Shown here piece after piece: positions 9,538 to 19,653 of a DNA stretch of 42,765 nt. Made by a program: the position numbers and the translations under genes. A model generated the notes under the pieces. It ran no database searches. It was not told the DNA's origin and saw only the letters and a program-made list of their open reading frames with translations. Location of the stretch: assembly GCA_019057865.1 (NCBI GenBank), contig JAHLWP010000035.1, positions 1 through 42,765 on the forward strand, read 5' to 3'. The stretch is from Promethearchaeota archaeon. Its GTDB lineage: Archaea; Asgardarchaeota; Lokiarchaeia; Sigyniarchaeales; SOKP01. Position 1 is the stretch's first letter. Every line of letters begins with the position of its first letter.

Positions 9538-10161
9538 AATTTCAACATTTCTTATTGATTCTTTTACTAGATCAACTAAATTAAGAGTTGATTCAGCTTT
9601 AATAATTTCTAAAGGTTTTGCATGAGTTTCAGGAAATTGAGGATTATATTGGCAACTAGCTGAACTTTGAGAACAAATATTGTACAATCCGATTTTTTCA
9701 CTTAATCTTATTACTTCAAGTTTATCCCAGCCTATTAAGGGGCGCAAGATTACAAAATTATGTAGTAGGTTATTATATGCAAATAAGTTATCAAGAGTTT
9801 GACTAGCTTGTTCTCCTAATATGTCACCAGTTACTATGAGATTTATGTTTTCATTTTTTCCAATCTGCATGGCTATCCTTATCATTAATCTTTTACATAA
9901 AATACAGGTTAATTTTCTTTCACTTCCGGTTTTAAAAAGTTCTAAATTTAAATCATGGTTAATTAAATACAATTTAATATTTTTTTTTGTAAATTTTTTT
10001 AAGATTTTAACAATTTCAATCAGCTTTTTTTTCATGGAATTATTTTCATCGTCTGAAGTTAAAAACGATATAAAAATAGGATGATATTTCTTATTAATCA
10101 TTAAAAATGCAGCAACTGGACTATCTAATCCTCCCGAAAGTAGAGAGACAAATTTCTTCAT
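9526..10161 (-). CDS. ThiI-like tRNA sulfurtransferase, catalytic domain only (no THUMP)
   Basis: LLSGGLDSPVA PP-loop, CILCKRLM, TGDILGEQASQT, RPLIGWDK, distal Cys; 211 aa. Confidence 0.85.
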   Translation of the reverse strand: MKKFVSLLSGGLDSPVAAFLMINKKYHPIFISFLTSDDENNSMKKKLIEIVKILKKFTKKNIKLYLINHDLNLELFKTGSERKLTCILCKRLMIRIAMQIGKNENINLIVTGDILGEQASQTLDNLFAYNNLLHNFVILRPLIGWDKLEVIRLSEKIGLYNICSQSSASCQYNPQFPETHAKPLEIIKAESTLNLVDLVKESIRNVEILYF

Positions 10162-10227
10162 ATAAGATTATCAATCTTTTCTTAGTTTAAAATACAATTT
10201 TTGTATGTTATATATTTTCAAAGCAAA

Positions 10228-10833
10228 TTATTTAACTCTAATTTCTATACGATCCCATTCTTTTAATGCTTTATTGAAATCATCAAGAGAGATTTCATGT
10301 GCGATTTTTATCTTATTTTCAAATTCTAATTGTCTTATCTTTAATATCAAGTTTTTGTTTTTTCTATAGAATCTTTCAACATTAGGATATTCAATTTCAA
10401 ATATTTCTTTAATCTTATTCAAACTTATGTTTTTTAATTCATTATAATTTTCACTAACAAAATTACACAATGGATCAATACTTAGCTCCATATTAAATGA
10501 ATCTATTCTTTTTAAGGCTAATGGATATGCTTTACATGCTAAAGGCTTTTTTTCATGAATAGTACAACCTTCCTCTTGATCGTAAAAAGGACAACATGCT
10601 TTAGGATTATCTAAACATATCTTAAATGTTAGAACTAAAATATTTTTATTAATAATATCAGGAAAAACTAAATCTTCTATAACTTTAAATTCGATTTCAT
10701 ATTTCTTCGCTAGCTCAATTAATTCATCTACTTCTTCTGGATAAAGAGGAATTCTTTTCCTATATCCAGGTTCATTTTCCTCGACCTCATAACAACATAT
10801 TCCACACTTCATACAACGATATTTTAAAATCAT
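10228..10833 (-). CDS. YkgJ-family cysteine cluster protein
   Basis: CMKCGICC, CPFY...GCTIHEKKPLACKAYP. Confidence 0.88.
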   Translation of the reverse strand: MILKYRCMKCGICCYEVEENEPGYRKRIPLYPEEVDELIELAKKYEIEFKVIEDLVFPDIINKNILVLTFKICLDNPKACCPFYDQEEGCTIHEKKPLACKAYPLALKRIDSFNMELSIDPLCNFVSENYNELKNISLNKIKEIFEIEYPNVERFYRKNKNLILKIRQLEFENKIKIAHEISLDDFNKALKEWDRIEIRVK

Positions 10834-11039
10834 AAGCTTTTAAATTATTAATGTTGTTATCTAGCCTAATAATTAAGATCTTTGATAGGATCAAGTTGTT
10901 TTCTTAAATTAAGTTTTTGATAATATGATTATATTACTTTTACACTAATTCTTGTGTCTACTAGGATAATACATCGTTTTTAAATTGATAAAAAAAACCT
11001 TATTAATAGAGTTATTTTTGAAAAAATAAGGTTTAAGAT

Positions 11040-11849
11040 ATGGAAGGAATAAGAATTATCAAACATATAGATCTTTCTAAAGAAGATTTTAATAATCCAA
11101 TTTGTATCTTGGGAATGCCTGGCATTGCTGATGTTGGTAAATTTGCATTAGATTCGTTAATAGGCCAGCTTGATGCTGAGAATTTTATGGACATTATTTT
11201 TGATGATTACCCCGCCGGAGCAATTGTGGATGATAGTATATTATCTGCTCCTAAAGCGGAAATTCTCTATTGGAAAGATCCAAATAAATTGAGGGATATT
11301 GTATTAATTACTGCTGATGCTCAAAGTTTAACTCCTAAAGGAATATATAAAATATCAAATTTTCTTACAAAAATCATTATGCAATGTGGGATAAAATTAA
11401 TTGTAGCTTTAGGAGCTTATCCTGTAAGTAGTCGAATGCTTAACTCAAAAATTCCAAAAATATTTGCTAGCTCTACAGATCGTGAGTTATTAGAGAAGTA
11501 TTTAATAAAGAATAACTGTGAAAAGATCCAAAAAGGAGTTATTATCGGTGCGAATGGTTTAATTCCTACATTGGCAAAGGCAAGATTTAATGTTGATGGT
11601 TTAGTTTTTCTTGCTGAAACTGATAATATTGCGATGGTTAATGAGGATATTACTGATTTAAAAGCATCCATTACACTTTTAGAAATGCTTAAAAAGTCAT
11701 TTACCTTACCAATTAAAAAGAAATATTCTTTAGAGAATATTGAAAGCATAACAAAAAATCTTCAAATCAAAAGAGATCAATTAGAAAAGGATCTTGAGAC
11801 TCTCCAAATTATTGATACTGATGATAAAAGAAAATCATTATACATTTAA
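11040..11849 (+). CDS. Proteasome assembly chaperone PAC2 family protein
   Basis: GMPGIADVGK, ALGAY, GVIIGANGLI, LAET. Confidence 0.85.
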   Translation: MEGIRIIKHIDLSKEDFNNPICILGMPGIADVGKFALDSLIGQLDAENFMDIIFDDYPAGAIVDDSILSAPKAEILYWKDPNKLRDIVLITADAQSLTPKGIYKISNFLTKIIMQCGIKLIVALGAYPVSSRMLNSKIPKIFASSTDRELLEKYLIKNNCEKIQKGVIIGANGLIPTLAKARFNVDGLVFLAETDNIAMVNEDITDLKASITLLEMLKKSFTLPIKKKYSLENIESITKNLQIKRDQLEKDLETLQIIDTDDKRKSLYI

Positions 11850-11951
11850 GGTTATAGATTAGATTAATTATAAATTATACTTATAAAACTCTTTTCTACG
11901 TTAAAGAGATTAAGCAAAAAATATATTAATTATGTTAAATTCAAAATAATA

Positions 11952-12101
11952 ATGAGATACATATGTGCTAGAAAAAGCTGTGGAAAAGAAGTGAGTAAAA
12001 AAGAATTAAGTGCCCTTCCCGGTATCAAGTGTTCTCACTGTGGATTTCGAATATTATATAAAAAACGACCAGATGTTATAAAGCGAATTAAAGTTCGCTA
12101 A
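11952..12101 (+). CDS. rpoP: DNA-directed RNA polymerase subunit P (Rpo12)
   Basis: Not in the ORF track (49 aa): MRYICARKSCGKEVSKKELSALPGIKCSHCGFRILYKKRPDVIKRIKVR, matching the C..C/C..CG.RILYK.R signature. Confidence 0.95.
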   Translation: MRYICARKSCGKEVSKKELSALPGIKCSHCGFRILYKKRPDVIKRIKVR

Positions 12102-12190
12102 AGTTTATTCTTTTTTTAAATAAAAGGTTTTTTTAATTCTTTAATTTGTTACTATTAAAAAGGTTAATGTATAGTAGAGATGGGCTTTAT

Positions 12191-13120
12191 TTATACATTC
12201 AATTCAAAATTGAGGTGATTTAGAAGTTCTTTATATCTATTCCGAATAGTTGCTTCAGTCACGCCAGCAGTTAAGGAAATTTCTTTCTGTGTTCGACGCT
12301 CCCCTTCCTGTATAGCTGCTACGTATAAAGCAGCTCCTGCTAAACCCGTTGGAGCTTTCCCTGCTGTGATACGATACTTTTTTGCTAATTTTAAAATTGA
12401 AGCAGCCCTATTTTGAGTTCTTCCTGAAAGCTTTAATTCAGCGCAGAATCTTGGAATAAAATTTATTGGGGAAGATACTTTAATATTAATTTTTAATTCT
12501 CTTAAAATTAATCTATAACATCGTGCAACCTTCCTTTTATCAACTGATGCAAATTCAATGAAATCATCAAGAGTTTTTGGTATGTTACTCAATCTACAAG
12601 ATAAGTAAATCGATGCTATTAACATAGCTTCTATGGATCTTCCCCTAATGAGATTTTTTTGAGCCATTTTTCTGTAAATATAAGCTGAAGATTCTTTTAA
12701 ATCTTTAGATAAGTTTAGTTGAGAAGAAAATCTATCTAATTCATTCATTGCGTATGCTAAATTCCTATCGATTGATTTATTTGTCCTTGTTCTTACATGC
12801 CATTTCCTTAAACGGTATACTTCTGCTTTCATTTTAGGGCTTATAGTCTTTCCAAAAGCGTCTTTATTTTTCCAACCTATCATTGTACTTAATCCTTTAT
12901 CATGTAAAGTTAGAGTTGTTGGTGCTCCTACTCTAGCTTTCTTGTTTGCTTCTTCTGACGTAAATGCTCGCCATTCAGGACCGGAATCGATGAGTCTTTG
13001 TAATAATACCAGCCCACATACATTACATATTACCTCACCCCGAGACTCATCTGAAATTAAAGTTTTATTGCCACATTCTGGGCATAATTTTAAATTTTCT
13101 TGAGTCATTGAAAGATCCAA
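12191..13120 (-). CDS. tfb: Transcription initiation factor IIB
   Basis: CPECG zinc ribbon, GPEWRAF, HDKGLST, two cyclin repeats, GVTEATIRNRYKEL. Confidence 0.97.
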   Translation of the reverse strand: MDLSMTQENLKLCPECGNKTLISDESRGEVICNVCGLVLLQRLIDSGPEWRAFTSEEANKKARVGAPTTLTLHDKGLSTMIGWKNKDAFGKTISPKMKAEVYRLRKWHVRTRTNKSIDRNLAYAMNELDRFSSQLNLSKDLKESSAYIYRKMAQKNLIRGRSIEAMLIASIYLSCRLSNIPKTLDDFIEFASVDKRKVARCYRLILRELKINIKVSSPINFIPRFCAELKLSGRTQNRAASILKLAKKYRITAGKAPTGLAGAALYVAAIQEGERRTQKEISLTAGVTEATIRNRYKELLNHLNFELNV

Positions 13121-13288
13121 ATATGTCTACTCTTTTAAAATTCAGTTATTTAATTTCTATAATCATTTTCCCACATTTAAATGTTTGCGTTTCAAGGATT
13201 TGTCGGTTAATAATATACTCAATTTTTAATTTTAGTTTTTTAAATTAAATCAAAAAGTTTTAATAAGTTCGGTATTTCTCTCAATATA

Positions 13289-13717
13289 ATGCGACATTTT
13301 TATAAGGCTCATGGAAGACATTGCTATCTTCGTTCTTTTCAAACAAAATGCCCAAAATGTGGTGTAGATGTGTTATATTGGGAATGTACTCATGGCAGTA
13401 AAGTATTTTTTGAATACCCACCCTATGGAAAATTAGTAAGGCATTTTTGTCGATATCAATCAGCTAGGTTTAATAGAAAAAGAAAATTTCCAATAGTAGT
13501 TAAAATTCCAAAGGGTTTATTAGAAAATAGCTCACCAAGTTGTCCAGTGTGTGGGAAATTATTTAAAAATAATAAAGATCTAAATAATCATTTAGAAACT
13601 CTAAAGAAGGATGATAAGCCCCATAAAACATTTTTTAAAAATTATTTTGTATTTGATCAAATTAAACTTTATGAAAAACCAAAATTTGGTAGAATTAATA
13701 TTAAAAAAAAGAAATGA
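13289..13717 (+). CDS. Zinc-binding hypothetical protein (Zn ribbon plus C2H2-like finger)
   Basis: CPKCG..C.HGSKVFF..H.C and CPVCGKLF...L..H. Confidence 0.7.
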   Translation: MRHFYKAHGRHCYLRSFQTKCPKCGVDVLYWECTHGSKVFFEYPPYGKLVRHFCRYQSARFNRKRKFPIVVKIPKGLLENSSPSCPVCGKLFKNNKDLNNHLETLKKDDKPHKTFFKNYFVFDQIKLYEKPKFGRINIKKKK

Positions 13718-13844
13718 AAAGTTTAGAGTATTGTTATGAATAAATTTTTAATTAATTAGTATATAATTATTTTATAATAAATATTAATGTCATTAAATCT
13801 TATTAGATTCAGATATTAATCTATTAGAATGGGAAAAAAATAAA

Positions 13845-14456
13845 ATGCCAGTTGATCCAGAATCTGCGATTCATAATTTAATGCAAGCTGAACCATCGAT
13901 TATTGCTGCTGTAGTGATCCGTGGAAGGGATATTATCTATTCTACAGATAATTGGGATATTAGTGTTGATGTTGGAAGAGTTTTATCAAGTTGGGCCTCC
14001 ATGAATGCTCAATTTATTATGATTTCAGGAGTGAAATATTCACTTCTGCAGTGCACTTCAGAAAGATTAGTTGCTACTTCAATTAGAGGGGAAGGTCATA
14101 TTGTTGGGGCAAAAGATGAAGTGCATAAGGTAATTACTTATATTGAACCAGATGGTCCAATGAATGCAGCATATATGGATACTGCTAGAACATTAGCATC
14201 ACTGAGCTCCCAAGGTCCATATATAGAAGGAAGTACTCAGTTAGGTGCTAAAGGTGCTGCAATGGGAGGGACAGCCAAAGCAAGTATAAATATTGATCCT
14301 CATCTAAAAGGTGAGATACAATCATTTTTAGAATGGCTTAAGGATACTGAAGGTCTTTCAGGATATATCAGTTATTATCTTCAACAAAATAATATCCAGA
14401 TAATTACTGAGTTATCAGAAATTTATAATGAATTAAGAAAGATTTTTGGCGTTTAA
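13845..14456 (+). CDS. Asgard profilin-like protein with C-terminal extension
   Basis: STDNWDIS, ISGVKY..L..T.ERLVAT...GEGHI, ITYIEP match my recollection of the Loki-profilin pattern over the first ~120 aa; ~80 extra residues follow. Confidence 0.8.
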   Translation: MPVDPESAIHNLMQAEPSIIAAVVIRGRDIIYSTDNWDISVDVGRVLSSWASMNAQFIMISGVKYSLLQCTSERLVATSIRGEGHIVGAKDEVHKVITYIEPDGPMNAAYMDTARTLASLSSQGPYIEGSTQLGAKGAAMGGTAKASINIDPHLKGEIQSFLEWLKDTEGLSGYISYYLQQNNIQIITELSEIYNELRKIFGV

Positions 14457-14511
14457 AATCCAGCTATATAAGCGAAAAAAATATTAAAAGCAATTTAAAT
14501 ATTGGACAACT

Positions 14512-14970
14512 GTGAGATTTGTGGGAGAAAAAAAAGAAAAAAGTTACTTAAAAAAAATGAAAAAGTTATTTGCTAAAAAACCAAAACCAAAAAATCAAAA
14601 TGGGAGTATTGATTATCCATCAGAAGAAGATGTAGAATTACAGATTCCAACTATACCAGAAGCACCAAAACAAAAAGAAAAATTTGCTTTAGATTCTCCT
14701 GACTTATCACCCGATGTACTTGAAAGAATAAAGAAAGTAGAATCTCCTGATAAGAAAGCTGTTTTAGTAAATTGTGAGAGATGTAAAGCAGTTATACCTA
14801 TACCTATTCCAAAAAGGATGGTTTTAAGCTCAAATTTGCCAATAGTTCCTATAAGTTATGTTCATATGAACCTCCAAAATAAGGATCAACATTGTATAAC
14901 AGTATATATTGATCACGACTTTGATATTCGAAGACAAAGGATATCTGATGTCATTCTTTCTTCTGATTAA
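14512..14970 (+). CDS. Hypothetical protein with a CxxC/His metal-binding C-terminal domain
   Basis: CERC...IP...PISYVH...H.ITVYIDHDFDIR; Pro/Lys-rich N-terminus. Confidence 0.7.
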   Translation: MRFVGEKKEKSYLKKMKKLFAKKPKPKNQNGSIDYPSEEDVELQIPTIPEAPKQKEKFALDSPDLSPDVLERIKKVESPDKKAVLVNCERCKAVIPIPIPKRMVLSSNLPIVPISYVHMNLQNKDQHCITVYIDHDFDIRRQRISDVILSSD

Positions 14971-15061
14971 TTTTATGACTATCTCTAGTCTTAAATAATC
15001 ATCTTTTCAAATACTTTAATTCATAATATTAAAAAAGATTTTTTTTTGGTATACCTGATTG

Positions 15062-15292
15062 TTAAAAAATTATTAAACTAATTAGGAGCGCAATAAGAAA
15101 AGGAAGTAGGCCCCAACAACATAAAAATCCACACCAACTTTTCTTCCATTTAATATAATCATTAGGATTTAGAATTACATGACAATTTGGACAATATTTT
15201 TGTATTTGATTATTAATATTTGTCCCGCAATTATAACATAAGAGCAGTTCATTATCTAATTTTCTATTATTTTTAAGCTCAATTTTTAACAC
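15062..15292 (-). CDS. Small zinc-ribbon membrane protein
   Basis: CYNCG...YCPNC followed by a C-terminal hydrophobic helix. Confidence 0.65.
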   Translation of the reverse strand: MLKIELKNNRKLDNELLLCYNCGTNINNQIQKYCPNCHVILNPNDYIKWKKSWCGFLCCWGLLPFLIALLISLIIF

Positions 15293-15448
15293 TTCGAAAT
15301 TTACTATGAAATGAATTTATAATTTGATTATATAAAATGACGACTAATTTTTATGTAATATTTAAATAAAATTAAATTATATAAGCATTGTTAAAACAGG
15401 ACTTATATATTTTATTATTACCTTAAAAGTAATATTAATTGGAAAAAA

Positions 15449-15811
15449 ATGAAGCTCTTAGCAGAAAAGGATATAAAAATTGAAGATCTTACAATTTATT
15501 TAAATCTTTTTCAATTACATAAAAGTTTTCTTTTACTTATATCAGATCAAGAAAATATGGGAATTGGAAATGTAACATTAGGAACACCCCCTCCTATTGA
15601 AGGTTTAAAATCAACCACAGCATCATATAGTCTGTTTGGTGTAGACCCAAAACTCTTAAGTACATTGATAGCTGAAAGAGCTTCAAATATTCTTAAAGCA
15701 CCTGTATTGCTTCTTTTATTTCTGAAAATTAAGAAAAAGGATAAGGAAATAGCTAAACCACTTATAGATTTCATAAATAACGTTTTAAATGCTATTAAAG
15801 AAAAAAAATAA
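15449..15811 (+). CDS. Proteasome assembly chaperone PAC3/PAC4-like protein
   Basis: 120 aa; SFLLLIS...IGNV.L..P...S.SLFG....LS..IAER......PVLL pattern resembles PAC3/PAC4. Confidence 0.55.
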   Translation: MKLLAEKDIKIEDLTIYLNLFQLHKSFLLLISDQENMGIGNVTLGTPPPIEGLKSTTASYSLFGVDPKLLSTLIAERASNILKAPVLLLLFLKIKKKDKEIAKPLIDFINNVLNAIKEKK

Positions 15812-15813
15812 AA

Positions 15814-15944
15814 TGCAGGGAGTGGGATTTGAACCCACGTACTCCTGTGAGACCGGATTTCTCATCAGAAATTGCATTAATCAACGGAATTGTATTTAAC
15901 AGATCTTGAGTCCGGCACCGTTGACCAGGCTTGGTTATCCCTGC
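15814..15944 (-). tRNA. tRNA-Leu(CAA) with a canonical 37/38 intron (15859-15904, 46 nt)
   Basis: GCAGGGA/TCCCTGC acceptor, CCGGA-CTCAAG[intron]A-TCCGG, long variable arm, BHB central helix CTCA/TGAG. Confidence 0.95.
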
Positions 15945-16134
15945 TTGAAGAATTTTTTACATAAATTAATACTTTAAAAAATAAAAACTATGTTAAAATC
16001 CCTCTTTTATTCAGTTATCTCTGCTTTTACATAATAATATAATTAAATTTTATTATAAATTCTTTCGAAAGTATTTTCCTTTGAATCGTAAAATAAGGTA
16101 AAGGTTAGAGGAGAAAATCTTTTAGTTATTTTTG

Positions 16135-16368
16135 TTAAAAGAGCATAGGTACAGTCATTACCAACATCATTACTGCCAACATTACAATTAAGAAAATACA
16201 CTGGATCCTCGATTTTTTCTTCTGTTTTCTATCTTGTTCGATATAGTTATCTTTACAGCCTTGGCTGCAAAATTTTCTATCAGGTGGCATTGCCTTACCA
16301 CAAATAGAACAATGTAGATGGGGTCCCCATTTTTTTTTAATTTGATCTTTCCACGAGGATTGAGACAT
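16135..16368 (-). CDS. DUF2116-like Zn-ribbon membrane protein
   Basis: PHLHCSICGKAMPPDRKFCSQGC plus a C-terminal transmembrane helix. Confidence 0.85.
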   Translation of the reverse strand: MSQSSWKDQIKKKWGPHLHCSICGKAMPPDRKFCSQGCKDNYIEQDRKQKKKSRIQCIFLIVMLAVMMLVMTVPMLF

Positions 16369-16445
16369 ACTATTTTCCTTTTAATATGATTAAATTAAAT
16401 GCTATATTAATTAAATAATCTTAATTAAAATAATTTATGAGATCT

Positions 16446-17183
16446 TCAATCTTTCGAGATAATAGTCCCACTTATAGCTTTATCTCCTTTCCAAAATTTT
16501 TTGAATTCACTAAGCTCTTTCCCAGACATTATAAAAACTTTTATATTACTACGCTTTAAGATTTGTAAAGAAACCATATCAAAAATACGATATTCTCCTG
16601 CCGCAGCCTGTTTAGAATATGTTTTTTTTACAATTAACTCTTGTAGCTCATCGTAATTAAGGTGTTTAAATAATTTTGCATCATTAAACTTCTTTGGATC
16701 TTTATCATAAATACCATTTACATCTGTTAGAATTACTAAATCTTGTGCACCTATAAACTCTGCTACTTCAAGAGCTACAGAAGTTGTAGACTGTCCTGGT
16801 TGCAATCCACCCATTATAATAAATTTATTAAAAAGAATTGCTATAGACAATTCCTCAATTGATTTTGGTACAAGTGGATAAGCAAAATCTTGAAAAGATG
16901 CTATAAATAATTTTGAATTAATACGGGATATTTCAATACCAAAAGCATCACATAATGCTTCTGATCCATTAAACGATCTCACTGCATTTATATACTCTCT
17001 TGCAACTAATCCCCCGCCACAAACAATAACATGAGTACCCGAATATTTCCTGCTTTTAAAAATCTTACAAAATTCAGCAATTTTTTTTACATTAATTTTG
17101 TACTCCTCAGTAAATATTAATGATCCACCAATTTTTATAACATTATTTTCTTTCATATTTTCATTCATAATATTTTCATTCAA
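16446..17183 (-). CDS. pyrH: Uridylate kinase
   Basis: VIKIGGS, VCGGGLVAREYI, MGGLQPGQST, TDVNGIYDKDP. Confidence 0.93.
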   Translation of the reverse strand: MNENIMNENMKENNVIKIGGSLIFTEEYKINVKKIAEFCKIFKSRKYSGTHVIVCGGGLVAREYINAVRSFNGSEALCDAFGIEISRINSKLFIASFQDFAYPLVPKSIEELSIAILFNKFIIMGGLQPGQSTTSVALEVAEFIGAQDLVILTDVNGIYDKDPKKFNDAKLFKHLNYDELQELIVKKTYSKQAAAGEYRIFDMVSLQILKRSNIKVFIMSGKELSEFKKFWKGDKAISGTIISKD

Positions 17184-17237
17184 TTTATCCTTTTATTAAT
17201 ATATAGTTGATTTAATAAATTAAGTTTCTTAACATAG

Positions 17238-18203
17238 ATGACCTTAGATTCAAAAGAAGTTATTGTTGAAGTTCCTCACAGAATATCAGCATTCTTTGAG
17301 ATTGTAGATAAAATTAATGATAAAAAAATAAAAAATCCTGAAAAAATTGGCTCAAGAGGAGCTGGCTTTAACGTTAGTGCTGTGGGTAGAACTAAAGTAA
17401 TAATCGAAGGAGTGGATGAATTAGATAAAAATGAATTAAATATATATATTAACAAAAAGAAAGTTAACCAAAAAGCCGAAACTACCTATTACATTTATAA
17501 TTATATTAACAAATTTTATTTATCGAAGCCTGTTAAAATTGAAATTTATCATGATTTTGATTTACCTGTTGGATGTGGATATGGAGCAAGTGGTTCAGGA
17601 GCTTTAGGTGCAATATATGGCTTAAACCAAGTTTTAAGATTGAATTTATCGAAAATTGAAAAAGGTAGAATTGCTCATATTGCCGAAGTTGTAAATCAAA
17701 CAGGATTAGGTACAGTATGTGGACAATTGGCAGGTGGATTATGCATGTTAAAAGAACCTGGGTATCCCTGTGTTTTTGAGCGTATAGAGTTTCCTAAAGA
17801 TTTAATAATTATTAGTGGATCTTTTGGGATAATCCCTACCAAATCTATTTTAACAGATCCTGTATTAAATTTGAAAATAAAGATGGCCGGTAGAAGGGCT
17901 TTAGAGAAATTAACCTTCAAACTAAATATAAAAACCTTTATTAATGCTTCAATTGAATTTGTAGAAGAAACAGAGATACTTGAAATCTTAAACTTAACTG
18001 AGATTAAAGAGTTAATGGCGAGTTTAAATAAATTGAATATATTAGGAGCAAGTATGAATCAATTAGGACGTTCAGTATATTGTATTTGTAAAAATAAGAA
18101 TAGAGAGCAAGTATTAGAAATATTTAATTCATATAAACCGCAAATAGAAATTTATAACTTATTATTTAACGATAAAGGGCCTCAAATTCTAAAAAACATT
18201 TAA
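17238..18203 (+). CDS. Pantoate kinase (GHMP family)
   Basis: VPHRISAFF, GSRGAG, PVGCGYGASG, AHIAEV...TGLGTV, SMNQLG. Confidence 0.88.
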   Translation: MTLDSKEVIVEVPHRISAFFEIVDKINDKKIKNPEKIGSRGAGFNVSAVGRTKVIIEGVDELDKNELNIYINKKKVNQKAETTYYIYNYINKFYLSKPVKIEIYHDFDLPVGCGYGASGSGALGAIYGLNQVLRLNLSKIEKGRIAHIAEVVNQTGLGTVCGQLAGGLCMLKEPGYPCVFERIEFPKDLIIISGSFGIIPTKSILTDPVLNLKIKMAGRRALEKLTFKLNIKTFINASIEFVEETEILEILNLTEIKELMASLNKLNILGASMNQLGRSVYCICKNKNREQVLEIFNSYKPQIEIYNLLFNDKGPQILKNI

Positions 18204-18227
18204 AAAAAGAGATTCTTCTTATGGAAT

Positions 18228-18743
18228 TTATTGGAATATATTGTTAAATATATCACTAATATTATGGCATTTTCTTATACCATAATCATTCCATAAATTA
18301 TACTTTAAAATAATTTTATTTGCTTTCTTACCTACATGTTGAAAATTATTTTTGCTTAAATATTTAATTCCTTCTTTATAATTTTGAGGAATTTTTATAT
18401 AGATGTATGCTATTCCTTTTTGTTTTTGAATACTTAAGAATTCTTTTAATATTTTTTCTCCAATTTTTTTATTACGAGAGATTGGATTCACAAATAATAA
18501 GTGTAAGTACATTATAGGGACTAATTTCTCTAGTGAATCCACTTGACTTTTATCTTCAGCTACTAAAATACCTACTAATATATCATTAAGATGAGCTGAT
18601 AGAACAAAAAAATCTTTATTTAAAAACTTATTCTTAAAATCATCAATAAAATCTATAAACTCTTTTGCACATAAATCTAAATCAGTTAAACTTTCATTAT
18701 TTGCCGGTCTAATCTCAATTTTTAAGTTAGATGTTTGAGGCAT
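18228..18743 (-). CDS. GNAT-family N-acetyltransferase
   Basis: LFVNPISRNKKIGEKIL motif A; Y.K..F. Confidence 0.75.
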   Translation of the reverse strand: MPQTSNLKIEIRPANNESLTDLDLCAKEFIDFIDDFKNKFLNKDFFVLSAHLNDILVGILVAEDKSQVDSLEKLVPIMYLHLLFVNPISRNKKIGEKILKEFLSIQKQKGIAYIYIKIPQNYKEGIKYLSKNNFQHVGKKANKIILKYNLWNDYGIRKCHNISDIFNNIFQ

Positions 18744-18753
18744 TGTTAAGGAA

Positions 18754-19485
18754 TTATTTGTATAATTCTTGCTTTAATTTTTGTATTAGATCTGCCTTTA
18801 TCATTCCATTATTTCTATCATTTCCCTCACATATAACGCTTCTTACACCAATTATATCGGGTGAGATCTGCTTAATTTTAGGTAAAACTTTAAGATTTAA
18901 ATTTCCAGCTAAAGCAACTCTAAGATTCGATTTTATGGCTTTATTTTTAAACTCAAGTAGTTGATCAACATTTAAAAAATCAAATAAATTTTTTTCATCT
19001 TTAATATAAGTATCTAGCATAGCAATTTCAGCTCCAGATTTAGTTGCTATTTCTGGAATTGATAAAAATTCAGGTGATGTTTCCATTCTAGAATAATCAG
19101 CATAACCAGCAGCTACGACTAAGATATTTTTATTAAAATCTTTTACTGCTTTAACAACATTCTTCATTAATTTAATACCCTGTTCCTTATTTTTTGGACC
19201 TTTCAATCCTACTTTTATAATATCTGCACCTGAAACTGCTGCTCCTAAAGCAGCTAATGAAGCAGAGCCCGGTAAATAAGGAAAATCACCAATAGTTGCA
19301 CTTAAAAGTTGAGAACTATGAAACGGGATTAAACTTTTCATCCTTTTAATCATCCAAGGAAAATTTGCCCCCAAAGATCCCTCTTCAGGGTTTTTGCAAT
19401 CTATATAATCAGCTTGAGCAGCAATGGCAATTTTAGCCTCTTCAATAGTTTTAGGACTTACTAATAGTTTGATTTTGTTCCGCAT
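18754..19485 (-). CDS. mfnB: (5-formylfuran-3-yl)methyl phosphate synthase, methanofuran biosynthesis
   Basis: LLVSP...EEA, IDCKNPEEGSLGANFPW, SATIGD, KVGL, MLDT..KD, LAG.L, DIIGVRS. Confidence 0.92.
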   Translation of the reverse strand: MRNKIKLLVSPKTIEEAKIAIAAQADYIDCKNPEEGSLGANFPWMIKRMKSLIPFHSSQLLSATIGDFPYLPGSASLAALGAAVSGADIIKVGLKGPKNKEQGIKLMKNVVKAVKDFNKNILVVAAGYADYSRMETSPEFLSIPEIATKSGAEIAMLDTYIKDEKNLFDFLNVDQLLEFKNKAIKSNLRVALAGNLNLKVLPKIKQISPDIIGVRSVICEGNDRNNGMIKADLIQKLKQELYK

Positions 19486-19653
19486 AACTTATTTATATTA
19501 AGTAAAAAATATTTAAAATATTTTTTAGATATTAATTCATACTGCTATTTAATATTAGTTAATTAACCTATAAAAAAATCTTAAATAAGAATATTACATA
19601 AAAATTTAAATTAAATTATTATTATTAAATATAAAATAAAATTTGGTAATATT

